A stretch of 64,000 nucleotides of DNA, from NCBI GenBank assembly GCA_902524635.1, contig CABZDY010000001.1, positions 19,477 through 83,476 of the forward strand. Direction: 5' to 3'. Below are positions 1-9,843 of this stretch, in pieces. Each line of letters opens with the position of its first letter. Position 1 is the first letter of the stretch. The translations under genes were made by a program, and so were the position numbers. The stretch comes from an uncultured Pelagibacteraceae bacterium (GTDB taxonomy: Bacteria > Pseudomonadota > Alphaproteobacteria > Pelagibacterales > Pelagibacteraceae). The notes beneath the pieces are model-generated. The model saw only the letters and a program-made list of their open reading frames with translations. It made no database searches and was not told the origin of the DNA.

Positions 1-614
1 AAAATAATTAAAATTCCTAAAACTAAAAAAGTAGCCTGCCAATAATCTGCTAAGCCCATGTTTTCAAAAAATTCTGCAGTAAAAAGTGCTACCACACCCC
101 CTAATTTATATCCAGTCCACCATCCAACAACAGCCATAGCAGCTCCAGCGGCCATAGATTTTCCTTCATTTGAATTAATCTGTTCAATTCTTAGTGCATC
201 AACAGTAATATCTTGAGTAGCAGAAGCAATAGCAATTACTAATCCAACACTGATTAAAAGTGCAAGGTTTTGAGTAGGATTTATAAAACTCCAGACTATC
301 AAGCTTATTAAAATAATTATTTGCATTAATACAATCCATCCACGTCTATGACCTAATTTTTTTGTTAAAAATGGAATTTGTACTCTGTCGATTATTGGAG
401 CCCATAAATAATTAAAGGCATACACTCCAAATATTAATCCTGCCCAACCAATTGTTGATCTACTTAATCCCTCTTCCTTGAGCCAAAGACTTAAGCTACT
501 TGCAATTAATACCCATGGAAAACCGCTTATTGCTCCTAGAAGCAATATTCTTAACATCCTTATATCTTTATAAACTAGTAATGAGTCAACCCAACTTTGC
601 TTTGTTTCAGACAT
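1..614 (-). CDS. ampG: AmpG-family muropeptide MFS transporter (5' part, runs off window start)
   Basis: Manual translation from ATG at 614 (overlaps trkH stop, TAATG): MSETKQSWVDSLLVYKDIRMLRILLLGAISGFPWVLIASSLSLWLKEEGLSRSTIG...YLWAPIIDR...GHRRGWI...SATQDITVDALRIE, typical AmpG motifs. Confidence 0.88.
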   Translation of the reverse strand, partial: MSETKQSWVDSLLVYKDIRMLRILLLGAISGFPWVLIASSLSLWLKEEGLSRSTIGWAGLIFGVYAFNYLWAPIIDRVQIPFLTKKLGHRRGWIVLMQIIILISLIVWSFINPTQNLALLISVGLVIAIASATQDITVDALRIEQINSNEGKSMAAGAAMAVVGWWTGYKLGGVVALFTAEFFENMGLADYWQATFLVLGILII

Positions 615-2062
615 TAATATTTTCTCCAAAATGATGGAATAAATAATACTAATACAGCAAACAACTCTAATCTACCTAAAATCATCGCTAAGCTTAAAAT
701 CCATTTAGAAAAATCAGATAAGTTTGAAAAATTACCATTTGGACCAATAATATCACCCAAACCGGGTCCTACATTTGATATTGATGTTGCGGCGGCGGAT
801 ATTGCAGTTGTTAAATCTAATCCACTTGTTGATAAAAGAGCAGTTATAATAAAAAAAATTACAATATATAAAAATATAAAGGAAATAATTGATGCTAAAA
901 ACTTTTCATCAATATTATTATTTTCATATTTTATTTTAAATATACCTCTTGGATAAATTATTTTCTTTAGTTGTACAGCGATAAACTGGAATAAAATTTG
1001 CACTCTAAATATTTTAATTCCACAAGCTGTTGATCCCGCACATCCTCCGATGAACATGAGAATAATAAAATAAATTAATGGGAATTGACCCCAATCACTA
1101 AAATTTTGAGTTACATAACCAGTTCCAGTTAAAATTGATATTACATTAAATGCAACTGACCTAATACTGGTATCAAAAAAACTTTGATTTTTTATAAATA
1201 GATATAGATACATTAAAAAAATTGAAAAAAGGACAATCTTTATAAAAGTTTTAATTTGTGTATCTTTAAAAAATATTTTTTTGTCTCCATTTAAGTATTT
1301 GATATAGGCAATAAATGGAATACTTCCTAAAATTATAAATATAATTGATGTAAATTCAATAAGTGAACTATCAAAATAGCCAATAGATTCATTATAATTT
1401 GAGAATCCCCCTGTTGCAATTGTTGTCATTGAGTGAACGACACTGTCAAAAAAGTTCATACCAAATATTTTATAAAATAGTGCACATATAAAAGTTAATC
1501 CGGAGTATACTAAGATTAATCTCAACGCTATCTCTTTTGATCTAGGTAAAATTTTTTCAGGGGTATCACTCGTTGATATAATAAACAACTGCATTCCACC
1601 AATATTCATAAGTGGCATTAAAGTAATTGCCATCACAATGATACCAATTCCACCTAACCATTGAAGCATTCCCCTCCAAAGTAAAATACTTTTTGGAGTT
1701 TCATTTAAATTGGTAATTATAGTTGATCCAGTTGTAGTAATACCTGACATGCTCTCAAAAAAAGCGTCTGTAGCACTTAAATTTATCTCAGAAAATATAA
1801 ATGGAAGTGAACCAAAAATCGCAATACTCAACCAAGATAATGCTGTTAAAAGAAAAGCCTGAGGCAAACTAATTTTTTTATCATGATCTAAATTTGATAG
1901 TAAAAAGAGAATTCCAAATATAACAGTTACAATTCCAGAACTTATAAAACTAGAATCAAATTCATCATAAAAAAACTGCGTTAAAATTGGCGCAATCATC
2001 GATAAACCTAAAATAATTTGTAAAATTCCTAGTGTAAAAAAAACTGTTTTATAATTGGACAT
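614..2062 (-). CDS. trkH: Trk potassium uptake membrane protein
   Basis: Multi-TM protein with pore-loop motifs FESMSGITTTG, TTIATGGFS, FIGGCAGSTACGIK, SNVGPG, LGRLE. Confidence 0.95.
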   Translation of the reverse strand: MSNYKTVFFTLGILQIILGLSMIAPILTQFFYDEFDSSFISSGIVTVIFGILFLLSNLDHDKKISLPQAFLLTALSWLSIAIFGSLPFIFSEINLSATDAFFESMSGITTTGSTIITNLNETPKSILLWRGMLQWLGGIGIIVMAITLMPLMNIGGMQLFIISTSDTPEKILPRSKEIALRLILVYSGLTFICALFYKIFGMNFFDSVVHSMTTIATGGFSNYNESIGYFDSSLIEFTSIIFIILGSIPFIAYIKYLNGDKKIFFKDTQIKTFIKIVLFSIFLMYLYLFIKNQSFFDTSIRSVAFNVISILTGTGYVTQNFSDWGQFPLIYFIILMFIGGCAGSTACGIKIFRVQILFQFIAVQLKKIIYPRGIFKIKYENNNIDEKFLASIISFIFLYIVIFFIITALLSTSGLDLTTAISAAATSISNVGPGLGDIIGPNGNFSNLSDFSKWILSLAMILGRLELFAVLVLFIPSFWRKY

Positions 2063-2148
2063 TTTGATTGGACATTATTTTATGGTAAATAAATTTCAAC
2101 TCTATAAGAATTATTAAAAACGTTATTTTATAGGCTGTTTAATTAAAA

Positions 2149-3717
2149 GTGATAGATAAAACCAACATTGATAAAACAAACGCTTGGCCCTTTGTTGAAG
2201 CTAAAAAGCTTCTTAGAGAAAGAAAAAATAATATTGAAAACAAAGGAAAAATTATTCTGCAAACAGGATATGGTCCTAGTGGTTTACCACACATTGGTAC
2301 TTTTGGTGAAGTAGCAAGAACCTCAATGATAGTTAATGCCTTAAATCATTTAACTGATCTCCCTAAAGAAATAATTACTTTTTCCGACGATATGGATGGA
2401 CTAAGGAAAGTGCCTGAAAATATTCCTAATTCTGAAAAACTAATACAAAATCTTCATAAACCTTTAACTCAAGTTCCAGATCCTTTTGGAAAATTTAATA
2501 GTTTTGGAGAGCATAACAATGAAATGTTAAAAAACTTTCTAAATAAATTTAATTTTAAATATAATTTTAAAAGTTCAACTCTTTTATATAAATCTGGTTT
2601 TTTTAATGATCCATTAAAATTAATTTTAGAAAATTATGAAGGAATAATGAACATAGTTATTCCCACGCTTGGTAAAGAAAGACAAAAAACATATTCTCCT
2701 TTTTTACCAATATGTCCAGATACAGGGGTTGTATTGGAGATACCAGTCTTAGAACTAGATACTAAAAATTCAAAAATAATTTTTGACAATAAAGGTAAAA
2801 AATTAGAACAAAGTATTTTAGATGGCAATTGCAAATTACAATGGAAAGTAGATTGGGCAATGAGATGGTATGCTCTCGATGTAGATTTTGAAATGTATGG
2901 TAAAGATTTGATTGAGAGTGCAATTTTATCTACAAAAATCATAAAATTATTAGGTAAGTCAAATCCATCTGGCTTTGCATATGAGTTATTTTTAGATGAA
3001 AAGGGTGAAAAAATATCTAAATCAAAAGGAAATGGTATTACTATTGACCAATGGTTAGAGTATGCTTCACCTGAAAGTCTCTCCTTATATATGTACCAAA
3101 ATCCAAAAAGAGCAAAAAAACTTTATAGAGAAGTAGTACCAAAGGCTGTCGATGAATATCTTGATTTTATTGAAAAAGGTAAAACTCAAAATGAACTTCA
3201 AAAACTAATGAACCCTGTTTGGCATGTTCATAATTCAGAGATACCAGAGGAAAATTCAATTATGTCTTTCTCAATGCTATTAAATTTAGTTGAGACCAGC
3301 AATGCTGATAATAAAGAATTACTTTGGAAATTTGTTAAGAAATATAAGAAAGATATTAATGTGGATATGCATCCAATTTTTGACAATTTAATATCTTATG
3401 CAATTAAATATTTTAATGACGCTATAAAATCCAAAAAGATTTATAAAAAACCAAATGAAAGTGAAAAAATTGCTTTAGACGCTTTGGTAAACTCTTTAGA
3501 TAATTGCGATGACGCAATGAAACCAGAAGACATTCAGACTACAATTTATACAGTCGGCAAAGAAAATGGCTATAAAGAAAATTTGCGCGATTGGTTTAAG
3601 TTAATATATGAGGTAGTTTTTGGGGTAGAGAATGGACCACGATTTGGTTTTTTTATAAGCTTTTTTGGGGTTCAAGAAACCAAAGAATTAATAAAAAGTA
3701 AATTAGAAAATGTTTAA
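2149..3717 (+). CDS. lysS: Lysine-tRNA ligase, class I
   Basis: TGYGPSGLPHIGT, KLQWKVDWAMRW, KISKSKGN; GTG start. Confidence 0.95.
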   Translation: MIDKTNIDKTNAWPFVEAKKLLRERKNNIENKGKIILQTGYGPSGLPHIGTFGEVARTSMIVNALNHLTDLPKEIITFSDDMDGLRKVPENIPNSEKLIQNLHKPLTQVPDPFGKFNSFGEHNNEMLKNFLNKFNFKYNFKSSTLLYKSGFFNDPLKLILENYEGIMNIVIPTLGKERQKTYSPFLPICPDTGVVLEIPVLELDTKNSKIIFDNKGKKLEQSILDGNCKLQWKVDWAMRWYALDVDFEMYGKDLIESAILSTKIIKLLGKSNPSGFAYELFLDEKGEKISKSKGNGITIDQWLEYASPESLSLYMYQNPKRAKKLYREVVPKAVDEYLDFIEKGKTQNELQKLMNPVWHVHNSEIPEENSIMSFSMLLNLVETSNADNKELLWKFVKKYKKDINVDMHPIFDNLISYAIKYFNDAIKSKKIYKKPNESEKIALDALVNSLDNCDDAMKPEDIQTTIYTVGKENGYKENLRDWFKLIYEVVFGVENGPRFGFFISFFGVQETKELIKSKLENV

Positions 3718-4750
3718 TATTTTAAGACCACTAATTTTTAAATTTAGCCCTGAAGTAGCTCACTCTTTAGCAATAAAAGCACTAAAGTTAAATAATATTC
3801 CTTACTCAAAACCTAAAGATAATCATATTTTAGAAACAACTTTTTGTGAAAAAAAATTATCTTCACCAATTGGTGTTGCTGCTGGATTTGATAAAAATGC
3901 TGAAGTATACAATCCACTGTTTAATCTTGGATTTGGTTTTGTTGAGGTGGGTACAATTACTCCAAAGCCTCAATTTGGTAACCCTAAACCAAGAGTTTTT
4001 AGACTTGAAGAAGATGAAGCTCTTATAAATAGATTAGGTTTTAACAATTCTGGTTCAGAAAAAATTAGTCAGACAATTAAGGAAAATAATAAAAAAGGTT
4101 TTTTAGGAATAAATATTGGACCAAATAAAGACTCTACTAATAGAATCGATGATTATTTAATTTGTTTTCGTAAGTTTTATAATTTAGCTGATTATATAAC
4201 TATTAATATTTCCTCACCAAATACAGAAAATTTAAGAGACTTTCATAACCAGGATGAATTAAATTCATTGATTGACAAATTAAAAAATGAAAAAAAAGAA
4301 TTGAATTCAAACATTCCATTAGCAATAAAAGTTTCACCTGATCTTAATGACGATCAAATTAATGAAGTATCCAAGATCATTATTGAACAAGAAATAGGAA
4401 TTATTATTGTTTCCAATACCACAGATAAGAATAGAGAAAATTTAAAAAATATAAATAAATTAGAAAAGGGTGGACTGTCAGGCAAACCAATTGAAAAGAT
4501 TTCAAACGAGGCAATTTCTAAATTTTATAAAATTCTAAAAGATAAAACAAAAATAATAGGAGTGGGTGGTGTTAGTAATGGACAAGATGCTTTTGAAAAA
4601 ATTATTTCTGGCGCAACACTCGTTCAATTATATACTGGAATGGTTTACAGAGGTCCTCGTATAGCTTCAAAAATAAGTACAGAATTAATTGATTTATTAA
4701 AAAATAAGGGGTTTAAAAATGTTTCAGAGGCAATTGGAACTAAAAATTAA
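3710..4750 (+). CDS. pyrD: Dihydroorotate dehydrogenase (quinone), class 2
   Basis: GVAAGFDKN, GNPKPRVFR, NISSPNT, GGLSG motifs. Confidence 0.96.
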   Translation: MFNILRPLIFKFSPEVAHSLAIKALKLNNIPYSKPKDNHILETTFCEKKLSSPIGVAAGFDKNAEVYNPLFNLGFGFVEVGTITPKPQFGNPKPRVFRLEEDEALINRLGFNNSGSEKISQTIKENNKKGFLGINIGPNKDSTNRIDDYLICFRKFYNLADYITINISSPNTENLRDFHNQDELNSLIDKLKNEKKELNSNIPLAIKVSPDLNDDQINEVSKIIIEQEIGIIIVSNTTDKNRENLKNINKLEKGGLSGKPIEKISNEAISKFYKILKDKTKIIGVGGVSNGQDAFEKIISGATLVQLYTGMVYRGPRIASKISTELIDLLKNKGFKNVSEAIGTKN

Positions 4751-4752
4751 TC

Positions 4753-4781
4753 TTGACGCGATAAGATTCAGATCCTATACA
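4753..4781 (+). promoter_or_regulatory. Putative sigma70 promoter of rpmB
   Basis: TTGACG-17 bp-TATACA, 12 nt before ATG, no Shine-Dalgarno. Confidence 0.6.
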
Positions 4782-4793
4782 GGCTCATAATTT

Positions 4794-5075
4794 ATGTCTA
4801 AAAAATGTGAACTTACTGGAAAAATCCCGCTCAAGGGTCATAACGTTAGCCATGCTAACAATAAGACTAAAAGAAGATTTCTTCCAAATTTAAAAAAAGT
4901 TAAATTTAAAAGTGAACTACTTAAGAGAAGTTTAAGATTAACCGTCTCAAATGCTGGGGTTAGAACAGTAGATAAAAAAGGTAGTTTTGATCAATTTCTT
5001 ATTTCAGCCAAGTCTAGAGATTTATCATTAAGACTAAAAAAATTAAAAAAATCCTTAGTCAGTAAATCTGCATAA
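4794..5075 (+). CDS. rpmB: 50S ribosomal protein L28
   Basis: MSKKCELTGK..GHNVSHANNKTKRRFLPNL. Confidence 0.97.
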   Translation: MSKKCELTGKIPLKGHNVSHANNKTKRRFLPNLKKVKFKSELLKRSLRLTVSNAGVRTVDKKGSFDQFLISAKSRDLSLRLKKLKKSLVSKSA

Positions 5076-5623
5076 TGAATAAAGTATTTTTAACACTCTC
5101 ATTTTTAATGGGATTGGTTGTTTTAGCGTCTAATTATTTAGTCCAATTTCCAGTTAAATATTATGGTCTTCAAGAAATTCTTACATATGGAGCATTCAGT
5201 TATCCAATAGCTTTTTTAATAACTGATCTAGCAAATAGATCTTTTGGTAAATTAGTTGCTAGAAAAATTGTATATATAGGATTTACAATAGGTATTTTAT
5301 TTACACTAATTTTCTCAACAAATTTTGCCGATTTAATCTCAGTAAGAATAGCAATTGGTTCAGGAACAGCATTTATTATTGCTCAATTATTGGATGTACA
5401 AATATTTGATCAATTAAGACAAAAAAAATGGTTTATTGCGCCACTTGCCTCTTCATTAATTGGTTCTACCGTTGATACATTTTTATTCTTTTCGATTTCA
5501 TTTTATGGAACAGGAATACCTTGGGTGACACTGTCTTTAGGAGATTTAGCAGTAAAGATTTTTGTAGCTTTAGTAATGTTGATCCCTTTTAGATTATTAT
5601 TAGGTACTTTAAAGGCTGCTTAA
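5075..5623 (+). CDS. yhhQ: Queuosine precursor transporter (YhhQ/VUT family)
   Basis: ASNYLVQ, YPIAFLITDL, RIAIGSGTAFIIAQLLDV, GSTVDT motifs; hydrophobic. Confidence 0.85.
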   Translation: MNKVFLTLSFLMGLVVLASNYLVQFPVKYYGLQEILTYGAFSYPIAFLITDLANRSFGKLVARKIVYIGFTIGILFTLIFSTNFADLISVRIAIGSGTAFIIAQLLDVQIFDQLRQKKWFIAPLASSLIGSTVDTFLFFSISFYGTGIPWVTLSLGDLAVKIFVALVMLIPFRLLLGTLKAA

Positions 5624-5624
5624 T

Positions 5625-6689
5625 TCAAATTTTTGGCTCTTGTTGCGTCATACAATGAATAGCTCCAAAACCCCAAATTAAATCACTACAATTAATAGCA
5701 ATAACTTCTCTATCTATAAAAAATTTTCTAAAAATTTTTAAAACCTTTTTATCTTCTTTCACATTAAATACTGGAACCAAGACTGTTTTATTACTTATGA
5801 AAAAATTCAAATAACTTGCTGGGACACGGGTTTTGTCTATGACAACTGGGCTTGGCATAGGAATCTTTATAATTTTTAATTTTTTTCCATTTTCATCGCA
5901 ACTTTTACTTAATATTTGTAAATTTTCTTTAAGAGCTTTATAATTTTTATCTGATCTATTATTTTCTACAGCTATCATAATTGTGCTTTTTGAAACAAAT
6001 CTTGCAATATCATCAATATGACCGTGTGTGTCATCTCCAACAATTCCTTTATTAAGCCAAATAAAATTTTTTGCATTTAAATATTTTGAAAATAGATTTT
6101 CATAATCAATTTTTTTGAATCCTTTATTTCTCTCTTGTTTACTACTTAATAAGCACTCCTTTGTAAGCAATATGGAGCCTGATCCATTGTTGTCAAATGC
6201 ACCTCCTTCCATAACTACTCTTACAAATTTTTTTGAATTAACTTTTTTAGGTAAAATACTCTCAATATTTAAGTACCTACTAATATAGTTATTGATTTTG
6301 TTATCATTTCTGAAATTTTTATATTTTGACCAGGCATTAAATTTAAAATCAAGCATGGTCTTTTTTCTTTTTTTTTTGTTGACTAAAAATATTGGACCAG
6401 AATCTCTTAACCAAAGTCTGTCTGTTTTAAGTTTATGAAATTTAATGTTGGATATATTGCAACCTATTTTTTTTAAATATATTCTTGTGGTATCAATACT
6501 TTTGGTATTATAGACTAATAAATCTATTTTTTGATGTTTTGTTAGATATTTTATTATTTTTCCAACTACATTTGGAATTTTTTCAAATAATCCAGGCCAA
6601 TCTTTTTTATTATGAGGCCACGACATCCAAACTGATTTTTGAGGCTCCCATTCTGCTGGCATTCTGAATTCACTTATTTTTTTATTCAT
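5625..6689 (-). CDS. aguA: Agmatine deiminase
   Basis: FRMPAEWEP, WLRDSGP, MEGGA, DDTHGHIDD, ASYLNF, catalytic GAIHCMTQQ. Confidence 0.93.
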   Translation of the reverse strand: MNKKISEFRMPAEWEPQKSVWMSWPHNKKDWPGLFEKIPNVVGKIIKYLTKHQKIDLLVYNTKSIDTTRIYLKKIGCNISNIKFHKLKTDRLWLRDSGPIFLVNKKKRKKTMLDFKFNAWSKYKNFRNDNKINNYISRYLNIESILPKKVNSKKFVRVVMEGGAFDNNGSGSILLTKECLLSSKQERNKGFKKIDYENLFSKYLNAKNFIWLNKGIVGDDTHGHIDDIARFVSKSTIMIAVENNRSDKNYKALKENLQILSKSCDENGKKLKIIKIPMPSPVVIDKTRVPASYLNFFISNKTVLVPVFNVKEDKKVLKIFRKFFIDREVIAINCSDLIWGFGAIHCMTQQEPKI

Positions 6690-7563
6690 CTTCTGGATTT
6701 TTGAGAATATCTCTGTAAAATTCAGTTCTTCTGTCTCTTAAAAAAGGCCAGTGCTGTCTAGCAGTATCTATTTTTTTATAATCTATTTCACAAACTAAAA
6801 TATCCTCTTTTTTATTTCCTGCTTTTGCAATTATTTTACCACTAGGATCTATCACCAATGAATTACCCCAAAATTCAATTTTTTTTTTTCCTTTTTTTTC
6901 AACACCAACTCTATTTATAGCAGCCACATAAGTTCCATTAGCAATAGCATGAGATTTTTGCATTGTGATCCAAGATTCTAGTTGAGATTTTCCAAATTGC
7001 TTTTTTTCTTTTGGGTGCCATCCAATAGCAGTAGGATAAAAAATAATTTGAGCTCCTTTTAAAGCTGTTAATCTTGCTGCTTCTGGGAACCATTGATCCC
7101 AACATATAAGAGGACCTATCTTGCCAAATTTAGTTTTCACACTTTTAAAACCTAGGTCTCCAGGACTGAAATAAAATTTTTCATAATACCCTGGGTCATC
7201 AGGTATGTGCATCTTACGATATTTAGATAGAATATTACCTTTTTCATTAATAATGATACTAGTGTTATGATAAAATCCGGACGTTTTTTTTTCGAACATA
7301 GTAACATTCAATACAACACCGAGCTCCCTGGCTAAATCACAAAATATTCCAGAGATTTTTCCTGGAATTTTTTCTGCTAATTTAAAATTAGAATGACTTT
7401 CAGTTTGGCAAAAGTAATTAGTTAAAAATAGTTCTGGTAGACATATTATCTTTGCATTTTTGTTTGCGGCTTTTTTGATATTTTTTATAGCTAAATCAAT
7501 ATTAGATTGAATTGTCCCTAAAGATTTACTTTGTATTAAACCAATTTTGATTTTTTTGATCAT
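6682..7563 (-). CDS. aguB: N-carbamoylputrescine amidohydrolase (nitrilase/CN-hydrolase family)
   Basis: E-K-C triad: LPELF, YRKMHIPDDPGYYEKFYF, ICWDQWFPE; C-terminal WPFLRDRR; adjacent to aguA. Confidence 0.88.
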   Translation of the reverse strand: MIKKIKIGLIQSKSLGTIQSNIDLAIKNIKKAANKNAKIICLPELFLTNYFCQTESHSNFKLAEKIPGKISGIFCDLARELGVVLNVTMFEKKTSGFYHNTSIIINEKGNILSKYRKMHIPDDPGYYEKFYFSPGDLGFKSVKTKFGKIGPLICWDQWFPEAARLTALKGAQIIFYPTAIGWHPKEKKQFGKSQLESWITMQKSHAIANGTYVAAINRVGVEKKGKKKIEFWGNSLVIDPSGKIIAKAGNKKEDILVCEIDYKKIDTARQHWPFLRDRRTEFYRDILKNPEDE

Positions 7564-7566
7564 TAA

Positions 7567-8607
7567 TCAAAATATCTTGGAAAAATTTTTTCTCTTTCTA
7601 TTTTTCCATTCACCTTTATGATAGACATCACTTGCTATTAAGGGTAGCACACTTGTTGCTTCTGCAAAAACCATTTGCTCATTTGTAATATCTACTTTGC
7701 CCCATGAGCTTGCCTCTTTTAATGTTGAGCTACTGCAAGCTCCATCTCTGGAATCAGCAACTGTTATTTGAACAGCATATTTATGCATATCTACATCTTT
7801 ACCTAAAAGTTCAGCACATATAACAGTATCTTGAATAAAATTTTTTGGCACACCCCCTCCAATCATAAAAAGACCAGATCCTTTAGATTTAATTTTAATT
7901 TCAGTTAATTCTCTAAACTCTCGGACAGAGTCGATTGTGATGTGATTTTTTGGATTTCTTTCTTGATGCATTACAAGCCCAAATCCTGCGCTTGAATCAG
8001 TAAATGCTGGACAGAAAATTGGAACGTCGTTGTCATAGGCAACCTCTATCAATGATTCTTTCTTCTTTGCGTTAGTTTTAAGATATTTACCAATCTCTTT
8101 TATAAATTCTCTTGATGTATAACTTTTGGGCTCTAATTGATCTGCAATTTCTCCAATAGTTTTATCGCACATCTGAAGATCTTCTTCATCAATGTAAGTA
8201 TCATATATTCTATCAACGAAGTTATTTCTTAACTCTGTATCATCTTGATATTGGGATCCCTGATAATGTTTAAAACCAAGTGCTTCAAAGAAATCCATAT
8301 CAATAATTGAAGCACCAGTTGCAACTATTGCATCTACCATATTATATTTAACTAAATCTCTATAAATATGCATACATCCTGCAGCAGATGTTGATCCTGC
8401 GAGTGTTAAAAATATTGTACAATCTTTATCTTTTATCATCTCATTATAAATATTTGCAGCATTTGCAGTCTCTCTTGAAACGAAAGACATTTTTTCCATT
8501 GAAGAAACTATTTTTCTCGCATCGAAAGAAGTTATATCAATATGTTCTACTTCTTTACTAAGTAAATCACTTTTTCTATTATTTGATTGGTTTTTATTAT
8601 CTGACAT
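7567..8607 (-). CDS. Deoxyhypusine synthase-like protein (SpeY-like, putative homospermidine-pathway enzyme)
   Basis: VDAIVATGA, DRIYD, PIFCPAFTDSS, IGGGVPKNF, STLKEASSWGKV with the DHS active-site Lys. Confidence 0.88.
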   Translation of the reverse strand: MSDNKNQSNNRKSDLLSKEVEHIDITSFDARKIVSSMEKMSFVSRETANAANIYNEMIKDKDCTIFLTLAGSTSAAGCMHIYRDLVKYNMVDAIVATGASIIDMDFFEALGFKHYQGSQYQDDTELRNNFVDRIYDTYIDEEDLQMCDKTIGEIADQLEPKSYTSREFIKEIGKYLKTNAKKKESLIEVAYDNDVPIFCPAFTDSSAGFGLVMHQERNPKNHITIDSVREFRELTEIKIKSKGSGLFMIGGGVPKNFIQDTVICAELLGKDVDMHKYAVQITVADSRDGACSSSTLKEASSWGKVDITNEQMVFAEATSVLPLIASDVYHKGEWKNRKRKNFSKIF

Positions 8608-9785
8608 TAAGCAACAAGAAACTCTTTATTTGTTTCTTTGTCATACATCGTAATGATTGGACTATCTTCAACTTCATAAATTTCATCAGAGTAAAATCCA
8701 TTAAAATTAGTTCTAAAAGTTAATCCATATGCTCCAAGCTGTCCCAATTCTATATAATCATTTTCTTTTATATTATTTGGTAAAATAAAAGGACCTTTCA
8801 TATAATCCATGCTATCACAAGTTGGGCCATAGAAATCGAAAGATGTTAATTTCTTGGAGATTACTCTTCCATCAGTTATCATTTTTGATGGGTAAACAAT
8901 ATTGGGAACACCTGCGTCAAACAAAGTTCCATACGTCCCATCATTTATATAAAGTTTCTGTTTTTTTCTTAAATCTACTCTTACAATTGTTGAGCCACTT
9001 TCTGCAACAATGGCTCTTCCAGGTTCACAAATAATTTCTGGAAGCTTATCCAATTTTAAATTATTTAAACCTTTTTTAATCTCATTAAAGTAAGCATACA
9101 AAGATTGAGGAATAAGATCAGGATAAATAGTGGGAAAGCCTCCTCCAACATTAATTACATCAGGTACAATTTTAGTTTTTTTAATTATATTATTGATTTC
9201 AAATATTCCTTTTGAATAAGATATTGGGTGCATACATTGTGAACCAACATGAAAACTAAGTCCAATTTTTTTTGAATATTGTTTTGTTAATCTAAGAAGT
9301 CCAGCTGCTTCATTATTTATTGCTCCAAATTTTTTTGATAAATCAATCTCTGCATGTTCATTTGAAACAGAAACTCTTACAAATAATTCTAAGTCTTTTG
9401 CATAATTTGTACTTTCTAAAATTTTTATTAATTCATCTTTAGTATCTAAAGAAAAGGCCTTAACATTATATTTAAAATATGCCTCTTTAATGCTTTCTCT
9501 GCTTTTGACCGTATGCATATATGAACAGTTCGAATCTGGACTTATTTTTCTTATTGCCTCTATTTCTTTAATTGATGCTGCGTCAAAACGATTAATACCG
9601 CTTTCAACAATAGTTTTAAGAACCACTGGATGAGGATTAGTTTTTAATGCGTATAGTATTTGTCCTGGAAAATTTTTTTGAAAGTATTTAGATGCCAATT
9701 TAATTGACTCTTTTCTAATACAATAAACTGGTCCCGTCGGTTTCAGTTGGTTAACTAATTCTTCAACTGACTTAAATTTTTGCAT
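8607..9785 (-). CDS. Alanine-racemase-fold (type III PLP) ornithine/lysine/arginine decarboxylase
   Basis: YALKTN (PLP Lys), FHVGSQ, VGGGFP, CEPGRA, INDGTYG, GPTCDS; start moved to ATG 9785 (MQKFKS) because SD AGAGGTG lies just upstream. Confidence 0.9.
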   Translation of the reverse strand: MQKFKSVEELVNQLKPTGPVYCIRKESIKLASKYFQKNFPGQILYALKTNPHPVVLKTIVESGINRFDAASIKEIEAIRKISPDSNCSYMHTVKSRESIKEAYFKYNVKAFSLDTKDELIKILESTNYAKDLELFVRVSVSNEHAEIDLSKKFGAINNEAAGLLRLTKQYSKKIGLSFHVGSQCMHPISYSKGIFEINNIIKKTKIVPDVINVGGGFPTIYPDLIPQSLYAYFNEIKKGLNNLKLDKLPEIICEPGRAIVAESGSTIVRVDLRKKQKLYINDGTYGTLFDAGVPNIVYPSKMITDGRVISKKLTSFDFYGPTCDSMDYMKGPFILPNNIKENDYIELGQLGAYGLTFRTNFNGFYSDEIYEVEDSPIITMYDKETNKEFLVA

Positions 9786-9811
9786 ATCTGCACCTCTAAA
9801 AAAAAATTTAC

Positions 9812-9843
9812 AAAAAAAACCTGCATAACACATATGCAAGTTT
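9812..9843 (-). terminator. Terminator-like hairpin in the decarboxylase 5' leader
   Basis: Minus strand CTTGCATA-TGTGT-TATGCAGG followed by T8. Confidence 0.55.

Noticed and set aside
2149-3717. Class I LysRS as archaeal-type horizontal transfer
   Set aside because: Class I LysRS is normal in alphaproteobacteria
9786-9839. N-terminal extension MHMCYAGFFCKFFFRGAD of the decarboxylase ORF
   Set aside because: SD sits before ATG 9785; the extension is the leader hairpin and T-tracts
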